A stretch of DNA of 64,000 bases from Candidatus Saccharicenans sp. (GTDB lineage: Bacteria; Acidobacteriota; Aminicenantia; Aminicenantales; Saccharicenantaceae): positions 24,288-88,287 of the forward strand of contig JARYMJ010000001.1 of the NCBI GenBank assembly GCA_029907135.1, in the 5' to 3' direction. This document shows positions 1 to 9,109 of this stretch, piece by piece. The translations under genes were made by a program, and so were the position numbers. The notes beneath the pieces were generated by a model, which saw nothing but the letters and a program-made list of their open reading frames with translations, was not told the origin of the DNA and ran no database searches. Position 1 is the stretch's first letter. The number at the start of each line of letters is the position of its first letter.

Positions 1-96
1 AATGATATGCTCCTGGTGCTCGGAGCCGGCAATATCAGCCGGATCATTCCGGAAACCATCAAGCTATTACAGGGAGAGAAGAACCATGGCCGTTGA
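1..96 (+). CDS. murC: UDP-N-acetylmuramate--L-alanine ligase, C-terminal fragment (5' end outside the window)
   Basis: Frame 1 reads NDMLLVLGAGNISRIIPETIKLLQGEKNHGR*. It resembles the MurC C-terminal '...LV.GAGNIG.I...' tail. It lies directly upstream of ftsQ-ftsA-ftsZ, which is dcw synteny. Confidence 0.55.
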   Translation, partial: NDMLLVLGAGNISRIIPETIKLLQGEKNHGR

Positions 97-940
97 AAAC
101 AGGTTCCAACTGAACCCGGCGGTCGAGGCCGTCATTTTCCAGCGCTCGGCCCGGCCGGCGAGGCTAAAAAGTAAAAATGGGAAAAAGTCATTGCGCTGGC
201 CACATCTGTTGGCCATCTTCATCAGCCTGGTTCTCTTTTTCCTGGGAGTGGCCCAGGCTTATTATTATGTCATCACCTGCGAGGAGTTGAGAATCAAGCG
301 GGTGGAAGTCACCTCGCCCAACCCCGAGCTCCAGCAGCGGGTGGAAAATTTCCTGCTGAGCCGCAACCTGGGCAACATCCTGATCTGCAACCTGGACTAT
401 CTCCGGCTTAACCTCACCGCCCTGCCCGGGGTCAAGGAAGCCCGGCTGGAAAAAGTCCTGCCTTCGACCCTCAGGGTTGAAGTCTTTCCCCGGACCCCAC
501 GGATCTATGTCCGGCGCGGACTTTATTTCCTGGTGGACGAAGAAGGCCAGGTTCTGAGCCAGGCCGCGGAAGTGGAGGAGGGTTCGTTCCCGGTGCTGGA
601 AGACGAGGACTATTTTAACCGCTCCTACCAGGAAAAAGTCCGGCTGGCCTGCCAGGCCCTGTCCGGGGTTGAGCCGCCGGTCAGGCCTCTCATCCGCCGG
701 CTGGTTTTCAAAAGAGACCTGCGGTTGGAAGTGGAACTGGCCGGGGACCCGGTCCGGCTTATCCTCAGCCCGGAGAATTTCCCCGAAAAATTGAACTATT
801 ACCTGGCCAACAGGGAGGCCTGGGCCCAGCAGTTCGGCCCGCTGGAGTATGTCGACCTCAGAATTGAAGGCCGGGCTTACGTTAAACCACTGGAACTGGC
901 CGCCGGCAACTCCAGGGAAGCCAAAAAGGAGGTAAGTTAA
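86..940 (+). CDS. ftsQ: Cell division protein FtsQ (single TM segment plus POTRA domain)
   Basis: The ATG at 86 overlaps the murC stop; the ORF-track extension back to position 2 is just the murC region read in another frame. It has an N-terminal TM (LLAIFISLVLFFLGVAQAYYYVI) and a POTRA-like 'LRIKRVEVTS..LQQRVENFL'. Its stop overlaps the ftsA start (TAATG). Confidence 0.85.
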   Translation: MAVENRFQLNPAVEAVIFQRSARPARLKSKNGKKSLRWPHLLAIFISLVLFFLGVAQAYYYVITCEELRIKRVEVTSPNPELQQRVENFLLSRNLGNILICNLDYLRLNLTALPGVKEARLEKVLPSTLRVEVFPRTPRIYVRRGLYFLVDEEGQVLSQAAEVEEGSFPVLEDEDYFNRSYQEKVRLACQALSGVEPPVRPLIRRLVFKRDLRLEVELAGDPVRLILSPENFPEKLNYYLANREAWAQQFGPLEYVDLRIEGRAYVKPLELAAGNSREAKKEVS

Positions 941-2160
941 TGGCCAGAAATAACTATCTGGTTGGTCTCGATATCGGCACCAAGAAAACTGTGGCCATCA
1001 TCGGCGAGATTACCGAAGAACAGAAAGTGGAAATCATTGGCATCGGCGTGGCTGAATCCAAGGGCATCCGGAAAGGAGTGGTGGTCAACCTGGACCTGAC
1101 CATCGCCGCCATCAAAAGGGCCCAGGAGGAAGCCGAGCTGATGGCCGGGGTGGAAATAGAATCGGCCTACGTCGGCATCTCCGGCTCGCACATCAAGAGC
1201 TTCAACAGCCGGGGCGTGGTGGCCGTGTCTGGCAAGAACCGGGAAATTTCCCGGGAAGACATCCGCCGGGTGATCGACCAGGCCCGCGCCCTGTCGATCC
1301 CGCCCGACCGGGAGATCATCCACATCATTCCCCAGGAATTCATCGTGGACGAGCAGGACGGGATCAAGGACCCGCTGGGCATGAGCGGCATTAAACTGGA
1401 GGTCAATGTTCACATCGTAACTTCGGCCATTACCTCCATCCAGAACCTGAAGAACTGCCTGGAAAGAGCCGGCATCGGCATCCAGGAAATCGTCCTTAAC
1501 CAGATCGCCACCAGCTATTCGGTTCTGACCCACGACGAGAGAGAACTGGGAGTGGGGTTGATCGACATCGGGGCCGGGACGACCGAAGTGGCGATTTTTG
1601 AGCGGGGCGCTCTCTGGTACACCTCGACCATTCCCCTTGGCGGCGACAACTTCACCAATGACATCGCCGTCGGGCTGAGAACCCCGATTCCCGAAGCCGA
1701 GAAGATCAAGAAAAAATACGGCTGCGTGGCCCTGCCGGTCACCGAAGAGCAGGATACCATTGAAGTCCCGACCGTGGGCAAGGGCCGCAAATCGCGGGTC
1801 ATGTCGCGCCAGATACTGGCCGATATCATCCAGCCCCGGGCCGAGGAAATCTTCCGGCTGGTAGATTCCGACATCAAGAGAATGGGCTACGAGAAATCGC
1901 TTAACTCCGGGCTGGTCCTGACCGGCGGCACGGCCCTGCTCGATGGCCTGGAAGAAGTGGCCGAGGAAATCTTCGACCTACCGGTCAGGAGAGGTGACCC
2001 GAATTACATCGGGGGATTGATTGACCGCGTCGGCACCCCTGATTACGCCACCGCCGTCGGGCTCATCCTCTACGGCTATAACCAGATTCTGGAACGCGGT
2101 TTCACTAAAGATAAAAAGAAAGGCTTCTGGACCAGGATTAAAGACTGGTTCAACGAATAA
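940..2160 (+). CDS. ftsA: Cell division protein FtsA (actin-like ATPase)
   Basis: 406 aa. It carries '[17 protein letters not shown]', '[15 protein letters not shown]' and '[12 protein letters not shown]', the typical FtsA phosphate and adenosine motifs. It sits between ftsQ and ftsZ. Confidence 0.95.
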   Translation: MARNNYLVGLDIGTKKTVAIIGEITEEQKVEIIGIGVAESKGIRKGVVVNLDLTIAAIKRAQEEAELMAGVEIESAYVGISGSHIKSFNSRGVVAVSGKNREISREDIRRVIDQARALSIPPDREIIHIIPQEFIVDEQDGIKDPLGMSGIKLEVNVHIVTSAITSIQNLKNCLERAGIGIQEIVLNQIATSYSVLTHDERELGVGLIDIGAGTTEVAIFERGALWYTSTIPLGGDNFTNDIAVGLRTPIPEAEKIKKKYGCVALPVTEEQDTIEVPTVGKGRKSRVMSRQILADIIQPRAEEIFRLVDSDIKRMGYEKSLNSGLVLTGGTALLDGLEEVAEEIFDLPVRRGDPNYIGGLIDRVGTPDYATAVGLILYGYNQILERGFTKDKKKGFWTRIKDWFNE

Positions 2161-2170
2161 GGAGGTTAAC

Positions 2171-3394
2171 ATGCGCGATGACTCTGGCAGCAAAATTAAA
2201 TTTCACCTGGTGGAAGAAAACCCGGGTGCCAAGATCAGGGTAATCGGCATCGGCGGGGGCGGGGGCAACGCCGTCAACCGGATGATAGAAAGCGGCATCG
2301 AAGGGGTGGAATTCATCGCCATCAATACCGACAAACAGGCGTTGAACAACAACCGGGCCCACCTGAAAATCCAGATCGGCCAGAAGCTCACCAAGGGGCT
2401 CGGTTCCGGAGGCGACCCGGAGGTTGGCCGCCAAGCAGCGGAAGAAGATACCGAGCGGCTGGCCGAAATCCTGGAAGGAGCCGACATGGTGTTCCTGACG
2501 GCCGGCCTGGGCGGCGGCACAGGAACTGGGGCCACCCCGGTTATCGCCACCCTGGCCTCAGGAATGGGCATTCTGGTCATTGCCATCGTCACCATGCCCT
2601 TTACCTTCGAGGGCAAGATCCGGGCCAGGAAGGCCGAAGAGGGCCTGCAGGAACTGAAAGCGGTGGTGGACACGGTCATCGCCATCCCCAACCAGAGGCT
2701 GATCGACACGGTCAACCTGGACACTACCATTCCCGAAGCCTTCAGAATGGCCGACGACGTCCTGCGCCAGGCGGCCCAGGGCATCTCGGACCTGATCACC
2801 AGGCCTGGCCTGATCAACCTGGATTTTGCCGACGTCAAGTCGATTATGAAAGGCATGGGTATGGCCTTCATGGGCACCGGTATTGCCAGCGGCGACGACC
2901 GGGCCGTCGAGGCCGCCCGGAAAGCAATCAGCAGTCCGCTGCTCATTGATACCTCCATCGAAGGCGCCAAAGGAGTGCTGATCAACATCACCGGCGGCAA
3001 GGATATGACCCTGCATGAAGTTTCCAAGGCGTCTCAGCTCATCACCAGCCTGGCCGACCCCGAAGCCAACATCATCTTCGGCACGGTCCTGGACGAAGAG
3101 GTCAAGGAAACGATCAAGGTGACGGTCATTGCCACCGGCTTTGACCGGAAAAAATCCAGAATAGCCACCCCGGAAACTATCCGGAGACCGACTAGCAGCA
3201 CTCAGTCTCACCCGGCTGTTATGGTTAACGGTGACACTCCTCCTTATATCTTCGAGCCGAAAGGCGGGTCCGGAGCGCCAGTCTTGACCGAACCGGCGCC
3301 GGCAGAAATTGACTGGAATGCCCTCAACACGCCAGCCTTTATCAGAAAAACCAGGCAGAGCTCGATGAGGAAAACGCCCAATGATTTACGCTGA
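2171..3394 (+). CDS. ftsZ: Cell division GTPase FtsZ
   Basis: The ATG at 2171 lies behind an AGGAGG at ~2160. It has the tubulin signature '[13 protein letters not shown]' and '[13 protein letters not shown]', plus a C-terminal 'LNTPAFIRK' peptide. The ORF-track start at 2021 lies inside ftsA. Confidence 0.97.
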   Translation: MRDDSGSKIKFHLVEENPGAKIRVIGIGGGGGNAVNRMIESGIEGVEFIAINTDKQALNNNRAHLKIQIGQKLTKGLGSGGDPEVGRQAAEEDTERLAEILEGADMVFLTAGLGGGTGTGATPVIATLASGMGILVIAIVTMPFTFEGKIRARKAEEGLQELKAVVDTVIAIPNQRLIDTVNLDTTIPEAFRMADDVLRQAAQGISDLITRPGLINLDFADVKSIMKGMGMAFMGTGIASGDDRAVEAARKAISSPLLIDTSIEGAKGVLINITGGKDMTLHEVSKASQLITSLADPEANIIFGTVLDEEVKETIKVTVIATGFDRKKSRIATPETIRRPTSSTQSHPAVMVNGDTPPYIFEPKGGSGAPVLTEPAPAEIDWNALNTPAFIRKTRQSSMRKTPNDLR

Positions 3395-4655
3395 CCTGGC
3401 CGTGGCCGGTCTGGACCAGCTGCTGACCTTGAGCGGCCCAATTCCCCGGACCGGGCCGGCCATGAAAGACGTCGGGCTGGTAGAAAAAGCCTGGATTGCC
3501 AGTCACCGGGGACAGGTAGTTTTCATCGGGTCGGAAAAGGAATTCAGGGAAAAAGTCAGTCTGACCGATGAGGCCCGGGTCCTTGACGGCTCGGGACTGG
3601 TGGGACTCCCCGGCCTGGTTGACTGTCACACTCACCTGCCCTTTGCCGGCGACCGCTCACAGGAATTTTCTCTTAGGCTCCAGGGCTACACGTACCAGCA
3701 GCTGGCGGCCTTGGAGCTGGGCATCCAGACCACGGTCAAAGCCACCCGCAGCGTCTCCAGGGATGAGTTAAGGGACCTGTGTCTCAGGCGACTCAAAATT
3801 ATGCTGCTCAACGGCACCACCACGGTCGAGGCCAAGAGCGGTTACGGTTTGAATCTAGAGGATGAAATAAAACAGCTGGAGGTGGTCAGGGAATTGCAGG
3901 GGCAACAGCCGGTCACCCTGGTCCCAACTTTCATGGGCGCCCATGAAATCCCGCCGGAATACCGGACCGACCGCCGGGCCTATCTGGAATTATTAAAGAA
4001 CAAGATCATGCCGGAGGTGATGGGGCGCCGGCTGGCTGAGTTCTTCGACATCTTCTGCGAGCCCACGGTTTTCAACCTGGAAGAAACCAGGGAGCTGGCC
4101 GAAGCTGCCCTGAAGCTTGGTTACAAGATCAAGATTCATGCCGACGAATTTGAGCCCATCGGCGGGACCGAGCTGGCCGTGGAGCTGGGAGCCCGCTCGG
4201 CCGAACACCTGATTAACATAACCCCGGGGGTAATAGAAAAACTAAGTCGCAGCCGGACGGCGGCAGTGTTGCTACCCGGGGTATCGTTTTTCTTGATGAT
4301 GGACAGGAAAGCCCCGGCCAGAGCCTTGCTCGACCAGGGGGCGGTAGTGGCCCTGGCCACCGATTTCAACCCCGGAAGCTCCCACCTGCTGTCGATGCTG
4401 TTCGTGCTGCAGCTCGGGGTATTCAGCCTGCGGCTAACGGTGGAGGAAGCCATCAATGCCTGCACCGTGAATGCTGCCTATGCCATTGACCGGGAAAAAC
4501 AGGTCGGTTCGCTGGAGCCGGGCAAGGAGTTTGACCTCATCCTCTGCGACCTGCCCTCCTACCTTTTCCTGGCCTACGAACTCGGCCACAACCCGGTTAA
4601 AACCGTGATTAAGAGAGGACGGGTGGTGGTCGAAGACGGCCGCCCTGTCTTTTAA
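3381..4655 (+). CDS. hutI: Imidazolonepropionase-like amidohydrolase
   Basis: 424 aa. It shows '[28 protein letters not shown]', '[11 protein letters not shown]', '[11 protein letters not shown]', 'HADE' and 'ATDFNPGSS', the pattern of HutI-type metal-dependent amidohydrolases. It overlaps the ftsZ stop by 14 nt. Confidence 0.8.
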   Translation: MIYADLAVAGLDQLLTLSGPIPRTGPAMKDVGLVEKAWIASHRGQVVFIGSEKEFREKVSLTDEARVLDGSGLVGLPGLVDCHTHLPFAGDRSQEFSLRLQGYTYQQLAALELGIQTTVKATRSVSRDELRDLCLRRLKIMLLNGTTTVEAKSGYGLNLEDEIKQLEVVRELQGQQPVTLVPTFMGAHEIPPEYRTDRRAYLELLKNKIMPEVMGRRLAEFFDIFCEPTVFNLEETRELAEAALKLGYKIKIHADEFEPIGGTELAVELGARSAEHLINITPGVIEKLSRSRTAAVLLPGVSFFLMMDRKAPARALLDQGAVVALATDFNPGSSHLLSMLFVLQLGVFSLRLTVEEAINACTVNAAYAIDREKQVGSLEPGKEFDLILCDLPSYLFLAYELGHNPVKTVIKRGRVVVEDGRPVF

Positions 4656-4772
4656 TTTTTTCCTGTTTTTCTTCCCTTGCTGAACCATGGTCATTAATTA
4701 TTTTTTTTTAGCAACTTCAGTTTCTCAACTAAACTCAGTTTCGACCGGCCTGTTTTCAGCCATACCCCTCCT

Positions 4773-4796
4773 ATATATGAACAGCCATTCATATAT
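4773..4796. promoter_or_regulatory. Perfect inverted repeat ATATATGAA-N6-TTCATATAT, a candidate operator upstream of the acetamidase gene
   Basis: Read directly from the sequence: 4773..4781 is the reverse complement of 4788..4796. It lies ~145 nt upstream of the ATG at 4941. Confidence 0.3.
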
Positions 4797-4940
4797 TCTC
4801 CGGCTCTGACGGCTCATTGGTAATTTTATTGCCACTTTCGGTCGGGGCCGAAAGCAGCCCGGCTCCCTCCAGGCCTCACCGTCAGGCAACCCGGGTGATT
4901 TTTTCAGCCGGATGTTGTAAATTCAGAAGAGCAAGGAGTT

Positions 4941-6041
4941 ATGCTCATGAAAGCCAAAAGCCCTGCCCAAAGTAATTGGACAGCCTGCCTTCTAATCCTG
5001 ACGGCCGTCCTGGCCCTCATGCTCTATCTGCCTCCGTCCCTTCAGTCCCAGGTTAAAAGGGTGGTCTACCGGCCGGGTCCGGACGATTTTAAGTACACTT
5101 TCGGCCAGCACCGGCCGGTGATGAAAATCAAGCCGGGTACCGTTATTGAAACCCTGACCGAGGATTGCTACGACGGCCGGGTGAAAATGCCTGGAGATTT
5201 GCCGACCAAAGTCATCCCGCCCGGACATGATAACCCGCAGACCGGTCCGTTTTACATTGAAGGAGCCGAGCCCGGCGACACCCTGGTTGTTCACCTACTT
5301 TCCCTGGAACCAACTCGGGATTATGGTATCAGCAGCTATTTTCCCGGATTCGGCATCCTGACTCCCACCAAGTACACGGCCATGCTGAACCCGCCCCTGC
5401 CGGAGACCGTCTGGTGGTACCGGGTGGATAAAGAGAAAGGCACCGTCAGGTTCGAGGCCCGCCAGGGAAATTTCTCCTGCGAGCTACCGATTAAACCGTT
5501 CCTGGGCTGCCTGGGGGTGGCCCCAGCCGATAACGAGGCCAGGACCACAGTGGTACCCGAAGCTTTCGGGGGGAATCTTGATTCGCCCGAAGTCCGGCCC
5601 GGGCACACCATTTATCTCCCGGTCAATGTCAGGGGGGCACTGCTCTTCTTCGGTGATGGTCACCTGATCCAGGGCGATGGTGAAATTATCGGCACGGCGG
5701 TCGAAGCGGCCCTGAAGGTGGAGTTGTATGTTGACCTGGTCAAAAACCGGAAAACCGACTGGCCCCGGATAGAAAGCGATGACTACCTGATGAGTCTTGG
5801 CAGCTACCGGCCCCTCGAGGATGCTTTTCGCATCGCCCATAAGGACCTCCTTGACTGGCTGATGGCCGATTACGGGCTGGAAATGATGGACGCCTACCAG
5901 CTTCTGTCCCAAGTTGGTGAAGCCCGGGTGGCCCAGGTGGTTGACCCCAATTACACCGTGGTGGCCCGCTTCCCGAAAAAATACCTGCCGCCGGCCAGGG
6001 GTGAGACCGCTCACGAGAAAATCAGGAGACTGAAATTTTGA
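4941..6041 (+). CDS. Acetamidase/formamidase family protein with N-terminal signal peptide or membrane anchor
   Basis: It shows 'GGNLDSPEVRPGHTIYLPV', 'LFFGDGHLIQGDGEI' and 'TGPFYIEGAEPGD', typical of the FmdA/AmdA family. The N-terminus has a hydrophobic stretch, WTACLLILTAVLALMLYL. AAGGAG precedes the ATG. Confidence 0.85.
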   Translation: MLMKAKSPAQSNWTACLLILTAVLALMLYLPPSLQSQVKRVVYRPGPDDFKYTFGQHRPVMKIKPGTVIETLTEDCYDGRVKMPGDLPTKVIPPGHDNPQTGPFYIEGAEPGDTLVVHLLSLEPTRDYGISSYFPGFGILTPTKYTAMLNPPLPETVWWYRVDKEKGTVRFEARQGNFSCELPIKPFLGCLGVAPADNEARTTVVPEAFGGNLDSPEVRPGHTIYLPVNVRGALLFFGDGHLIQGDGEIIGTAVEAALKVELYVDLVKNRKTDWPRIESDDYLMSLGSYRPLEDAFRIAHKDLLDWLMADYGLEMMDAYQLLSQVGEARVAQVVDPNYTVVARFPKKYLPPARGETAHEKIRRLKF

Positions 6042-6045
6042 AGGC

Positions 6046-7392
6046 TCAGGCCTGCCTTTCCAGATTGCGTTTCCGGATGTAAAGGAAAAGCTCAACCAGG
6101 TCCCGGCGCTTAAGCTCTTCCGTCTCCACGGCGAAGGCCGTCGAGCGGTACAGGTCCCAATCCCCGGCGATTTCAGCCGCTAATTTAAGCTTCCGCTGCA
6201 ATTCGCTCCCGGGTGTCAGATAGAAGACTGAAGGTCCCACCAGCACTCCGAGTTCCAGCAACTTCTCGGTGGTCTCGACGATCTCTTCCCGGGTCTGGCC
6301 CGGCAGGCCCAGGATCAGATAAACGGTAACAAAGAAACCCAACCGCCGGGCCTGCCGCAGCAGCTCGAAAAACTGGGCTTCGTCCTTTTTCTGGGGGCGA
6401 TGGTGCTGCTTGCGGACGGCCGGATTCCCGGAAACCCAGGACAGGTCCAGCTTTCTCGTGCCGGCCCGCCTCATCAATTCCAGCAGGGTCCCATCCAGGT
6501 TTTCATAACCCAGGCCATTCATGAAGGTCAGCTCGCTGCCGGCCAGCTCGGGGTCGGCGGCCACAGCTTCCAGGAACTCAACCAGCCAACCTCGGTCGCA
6601 GGCCAGGTTGTCATCCTCAAAATTAAACAGCCGGACCTCACGGTAGCGGGAATTCCAGCGCATCTCTTCCAGGACAGAAGAGACCGGACGGTAATCCAGC
6701 CGGCGTCCGAACACCAGATGGATATTGCAGAAAGAACAATTCTGGGGGCAGCCGCGGCTGGCCTGAAGCGACACATAATTTTTCTTTCCGATGCGGTAAT
6801 GGCCCGGTTCCAGGAGCTCATGGGCCGGCCGGAGTGTTTTCCAGTCGAGCGGCCGGTCCTTAATATTTAGCTGATTCCCGTCGGCCCATCCCGCTTCTTC
6901 CAGGAACCGGGGCAAGCCGCTCTCGGCCGGGCCGCTCAGCACATAATCAATTTCCGGCAGACGGCTCTTGATTTCATCCCGGCAGCAGGTGGCCTGGTTG
7001 CCGCCGACCATGATCGGAGTCCCGTATTGTCTTTTAATCTCCCGGATAACTCCGGCCGCCGTGCTGAAATAGGCGGCAAAGGAACAATTCAGAGCAACCA
7101 GGTCCGGAGGCCTCTCCCCGACTCTGGCCACAATCTTCTCCACTGGCCAGCCAAAATGCTGGAAGCACCGGAAAAAGTACGGTTGTCCAAGGTAGGGTTT
7201 TAGATACGTGAATTTACTGGGCAGAGGCACGGCCTTCCGCCGCAGGGGGTTCAAGCAGTCCAGGATTTCTACCTGGAAGCCGTAGGCTTTCAACACCGAG
7301 GCCGCGTACAGGAGGCCGAGGGGATAAAGACGGATGGGAGTGGTGTAAAAATCCTCAAGCGGCGGCTGGATTAAGAGAATTCGTTTCATCAA
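6046..7392 (-). CDS. B12-binding-domain radical SAM protein
   Basis: 448 aa. The N-terminal 'ILLIQPPL...LGLLYAASVLKAYGFQVEILD' is a cobalamin-binding-like domain. It is followed by 'SRGCPQNCSFCN', a CxxxCxxC radical SAM cluster. Confidence 0.85.
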   Translation of the reverse strand: MMKRILLIQPPLEDFYTTPIRLYPLGLLYAASVLKAYGFQVEILDCLNPLRRKAVPLPSKFTYLKPYLGQPYFFRCFQHFGWPVEKIVARVGERPPDLVALNCSFAAYFSTAAGVIREIKRQYGTPIMVGGNQATCCRDEIKSRLPEIDYVLSGPAESGLPRFLEEAGWADGNQLNIKDRPLDWKTLRPAHELLEPGHYRIGKKNYVSLQASRGCPQNCSFCNIHLVFGRRLDYRPVSSVLEEMRWNSRYREVRLFNFEDDNLACDRGWLVEFLEAVAADPELAGSELTFMNGLGYENLDGTLLELMRRAGTRKLDLSWVSGNPAVRKQHHRPQKKDEAQFFELLRQARRLGFFVTVYLILGLPGQTREEIVETTEKLLELGVLVGPSVFYLTPGSELQRKLKLAAEIAGDWDLYRSTAFAVETEELKRRDLVELFLYIRKRNLERQA

Positions 7393-7441
7393 CCGGAAAG
7401 CCAGCTTTCAATCGTGGCTATTTGCCCGCGCCGGCAACCAG

Positions 7442-8815
7442 TTAGTTGTCGGTTGCTCCGGGCGAGGCTGAAGTTTCTTTTCTCTTCCAGTAAAAATAGG
7501 CCGGCACCCCCAGGACGATGATGGCCAGCCCGGCCAGTGAGTTCCAGAATTCTTTCAGGAGCGAATTCAGGGAAATCAGAAAGGCGGCCAGGACGAACAG
7601 GGCCGGGGTCAGGGGGTAACCCCAGGTCTTATAGGGACGGGGCAGGTCCGGTCGTTTTTTCCTGAGAACAAAGACGGCTGCTCCGGTCAACCCGAAGAAC
7701 AGCCACTGGCCAAACACCACGTAGGTGAAGAGCTGCTCGAAAGTCCCCGACAGGCTGAGGACAACACTCCACAGGCTTATGGCTATTATGGAAACATGGG
7801 GCGTCAGGTAGCGGGGATGGACCCGGGCAATGTTCTTGAAGAATAACCCGTCCCGGGACATGGCAAAATACACCCGGGGCGAGCACAGAAGATTCTGGTT
7901 GGCCGCGCCCATGATGGAAAAAAGAATGATAAAAGAAATGAGGGAGGCTCCGGCTGGCCCCACCGCCACCTTCATAGCTTCGGCTGCCACCCGTGGAGTC
8001 TGGGCAATGACTGAAGTCGGCAGCACGTACAGGTAGGCCAGGTTGGCCAGGAGATACAGGGCGATGACCGCGGTCAGACCTATCAAGATTCCCAGGGGCA
8101 TGTTCTGCTCCGGGCGCTTGACCTCACCGGCGCTGTAGGTGGCCGATTCCCAGCCCTTGTAGGCCCAGAAGGTAGCCACCAGAGCCACACCAAAAGCGCT
8201 CAGCAGATTCATGGAAAATTTTCCCGGCTGTGGTTCAACCAGGTTGGTGGCATTACCTTTGCCGAAGAGAAAAATTGCTGCACAGATACCAACGATGGCC
8301 GCCGTTTTTATGAAGGTCAGCAGGTTTTGCAGGTTGGCTCCCCACCGGACGCCGATGTAATTCACCGTGGCCAGAAAGGCGATGAACAGCACAGCCACCA
8401 GCTTGGAGACCAGCGGCGACATCTTGAAAAAATACGGAAGATAGTTAGCTGAAAAGGCCACGGCCAGGGTGGCAATAGCCCCGGAATCAATAACCAGGAA
8501 TAGCGTCCAGCCGAAGAGGAATGACAGCAACGGGCCATAGGCTTCCCGCAGATAGACATACATCCCCCCGGCTTCGGGCATGGCCGCGCCCAGCTCGGCA
8601 AAAGCCAGAGCTCCCAGGAAACTTAAAAAGCCGCCGACCACCCAGACCAGCAGCATCAACATCGGAGATTTCACTTCCAGAGCAATCTTGGCCGGCACCA
8701 GGAATATACCCGAGCCAATAACTCCGCCGATGACAATGGAGACCACATCCAGCCGGTTCAGAACCCTAGGGAGTTTCCTTTCTTCCTGGCGGCTGGGGCC
8801 GATCTTTTCTGACAT
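7442..8815 (-). CDS. APC-superfamily amino acid permease
   Basis: 457 aa and about 12 hydrophobic segments. It carries 'GSGIFLVPA' and 'ELGAAMPEAGGMYVYLREAYG', typical of APC/amino-acid-polyamine transporters. Confidence 0.85.
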   Translation of the reverse strand: MSEKIGPSRQEERKLPRVLNRLDVVSIVIGGVIGSGIFLVPAKIALEVKSPMLMLLVWVVGGFLSFLGALAFAELGAAMPEAGGMYVYLREAYGPLLSFLFGWTLFLVIDSGAIATLAVAFSANYLPYFFKMSPLVSKLVAVLFIAFLATVNYIGVRWGANLQNLLTFIKTAAIVGICAAIFLFGKGNATNLVEPQPGKFSMNLLSAFGVALVATFWAYKGWESATYSAGEVKRPEQNMPLGILIGLTAVIALYLLANLAYLYVLPTSVIAQTPRVAAEAMKVAVGPAGASLISFIILFSIMGAANQNLLCSPRVYFAMSRDGLFFKNIARVHPRYLTPHVSIIAISLWSVVLSLSGTFEQLFTYVVFGQWLFFGLTGAAVFVLRKKRPDLPRPYKTWGYPLTPALFVLAAFLISLNSLLKEFWNSLAGLAIIVLGVPAYFYWKRKETSASPGATDN

Positions 8816-9109
8816 CGAACACCTGCCTTTAGAAAATTTTCTTTAATTGTATCAACCACCAAGAGGAAGCGCAAAAAATATTTTCCCGCTCCGCCAGAAA
8901 GTAGAAAAGGTGATTTTTACCAGGCCCGGGCTTTTATTAACAGGCCTTCGGTTCAGTCTGCTCTGCGGCGGAAACCAGTCCTAGACCAACCTTTTTTACA
9001 CATCTCCAGCTGCTTGTCAGTGGATAACAGACATTAAGAACCATCAGATAAAAATAGGAGAATAACGGACCGCCTCTGGAGGCAGGAACTACCGGTATTT
9101 TTCAGGGTA

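Noticed and set aside
2-85. N-terminal extensions in the ORF track: ftsQ from 2, ftsZ from 2021, gmk from 39284, the RRM protein from 19207, pilQ from 31547, the FadL-family gene from 43111, fabD from 50578 and the nucleotidyltransferase from 61929.
   Set aside because: In each case the extension overlaps the preceding gene or lacks an RBS. An internal ATG with a Shine-Dalgarno sequence starts exactly at the conserved N-terminus or signal peptide, so I used the shorter coordinates.
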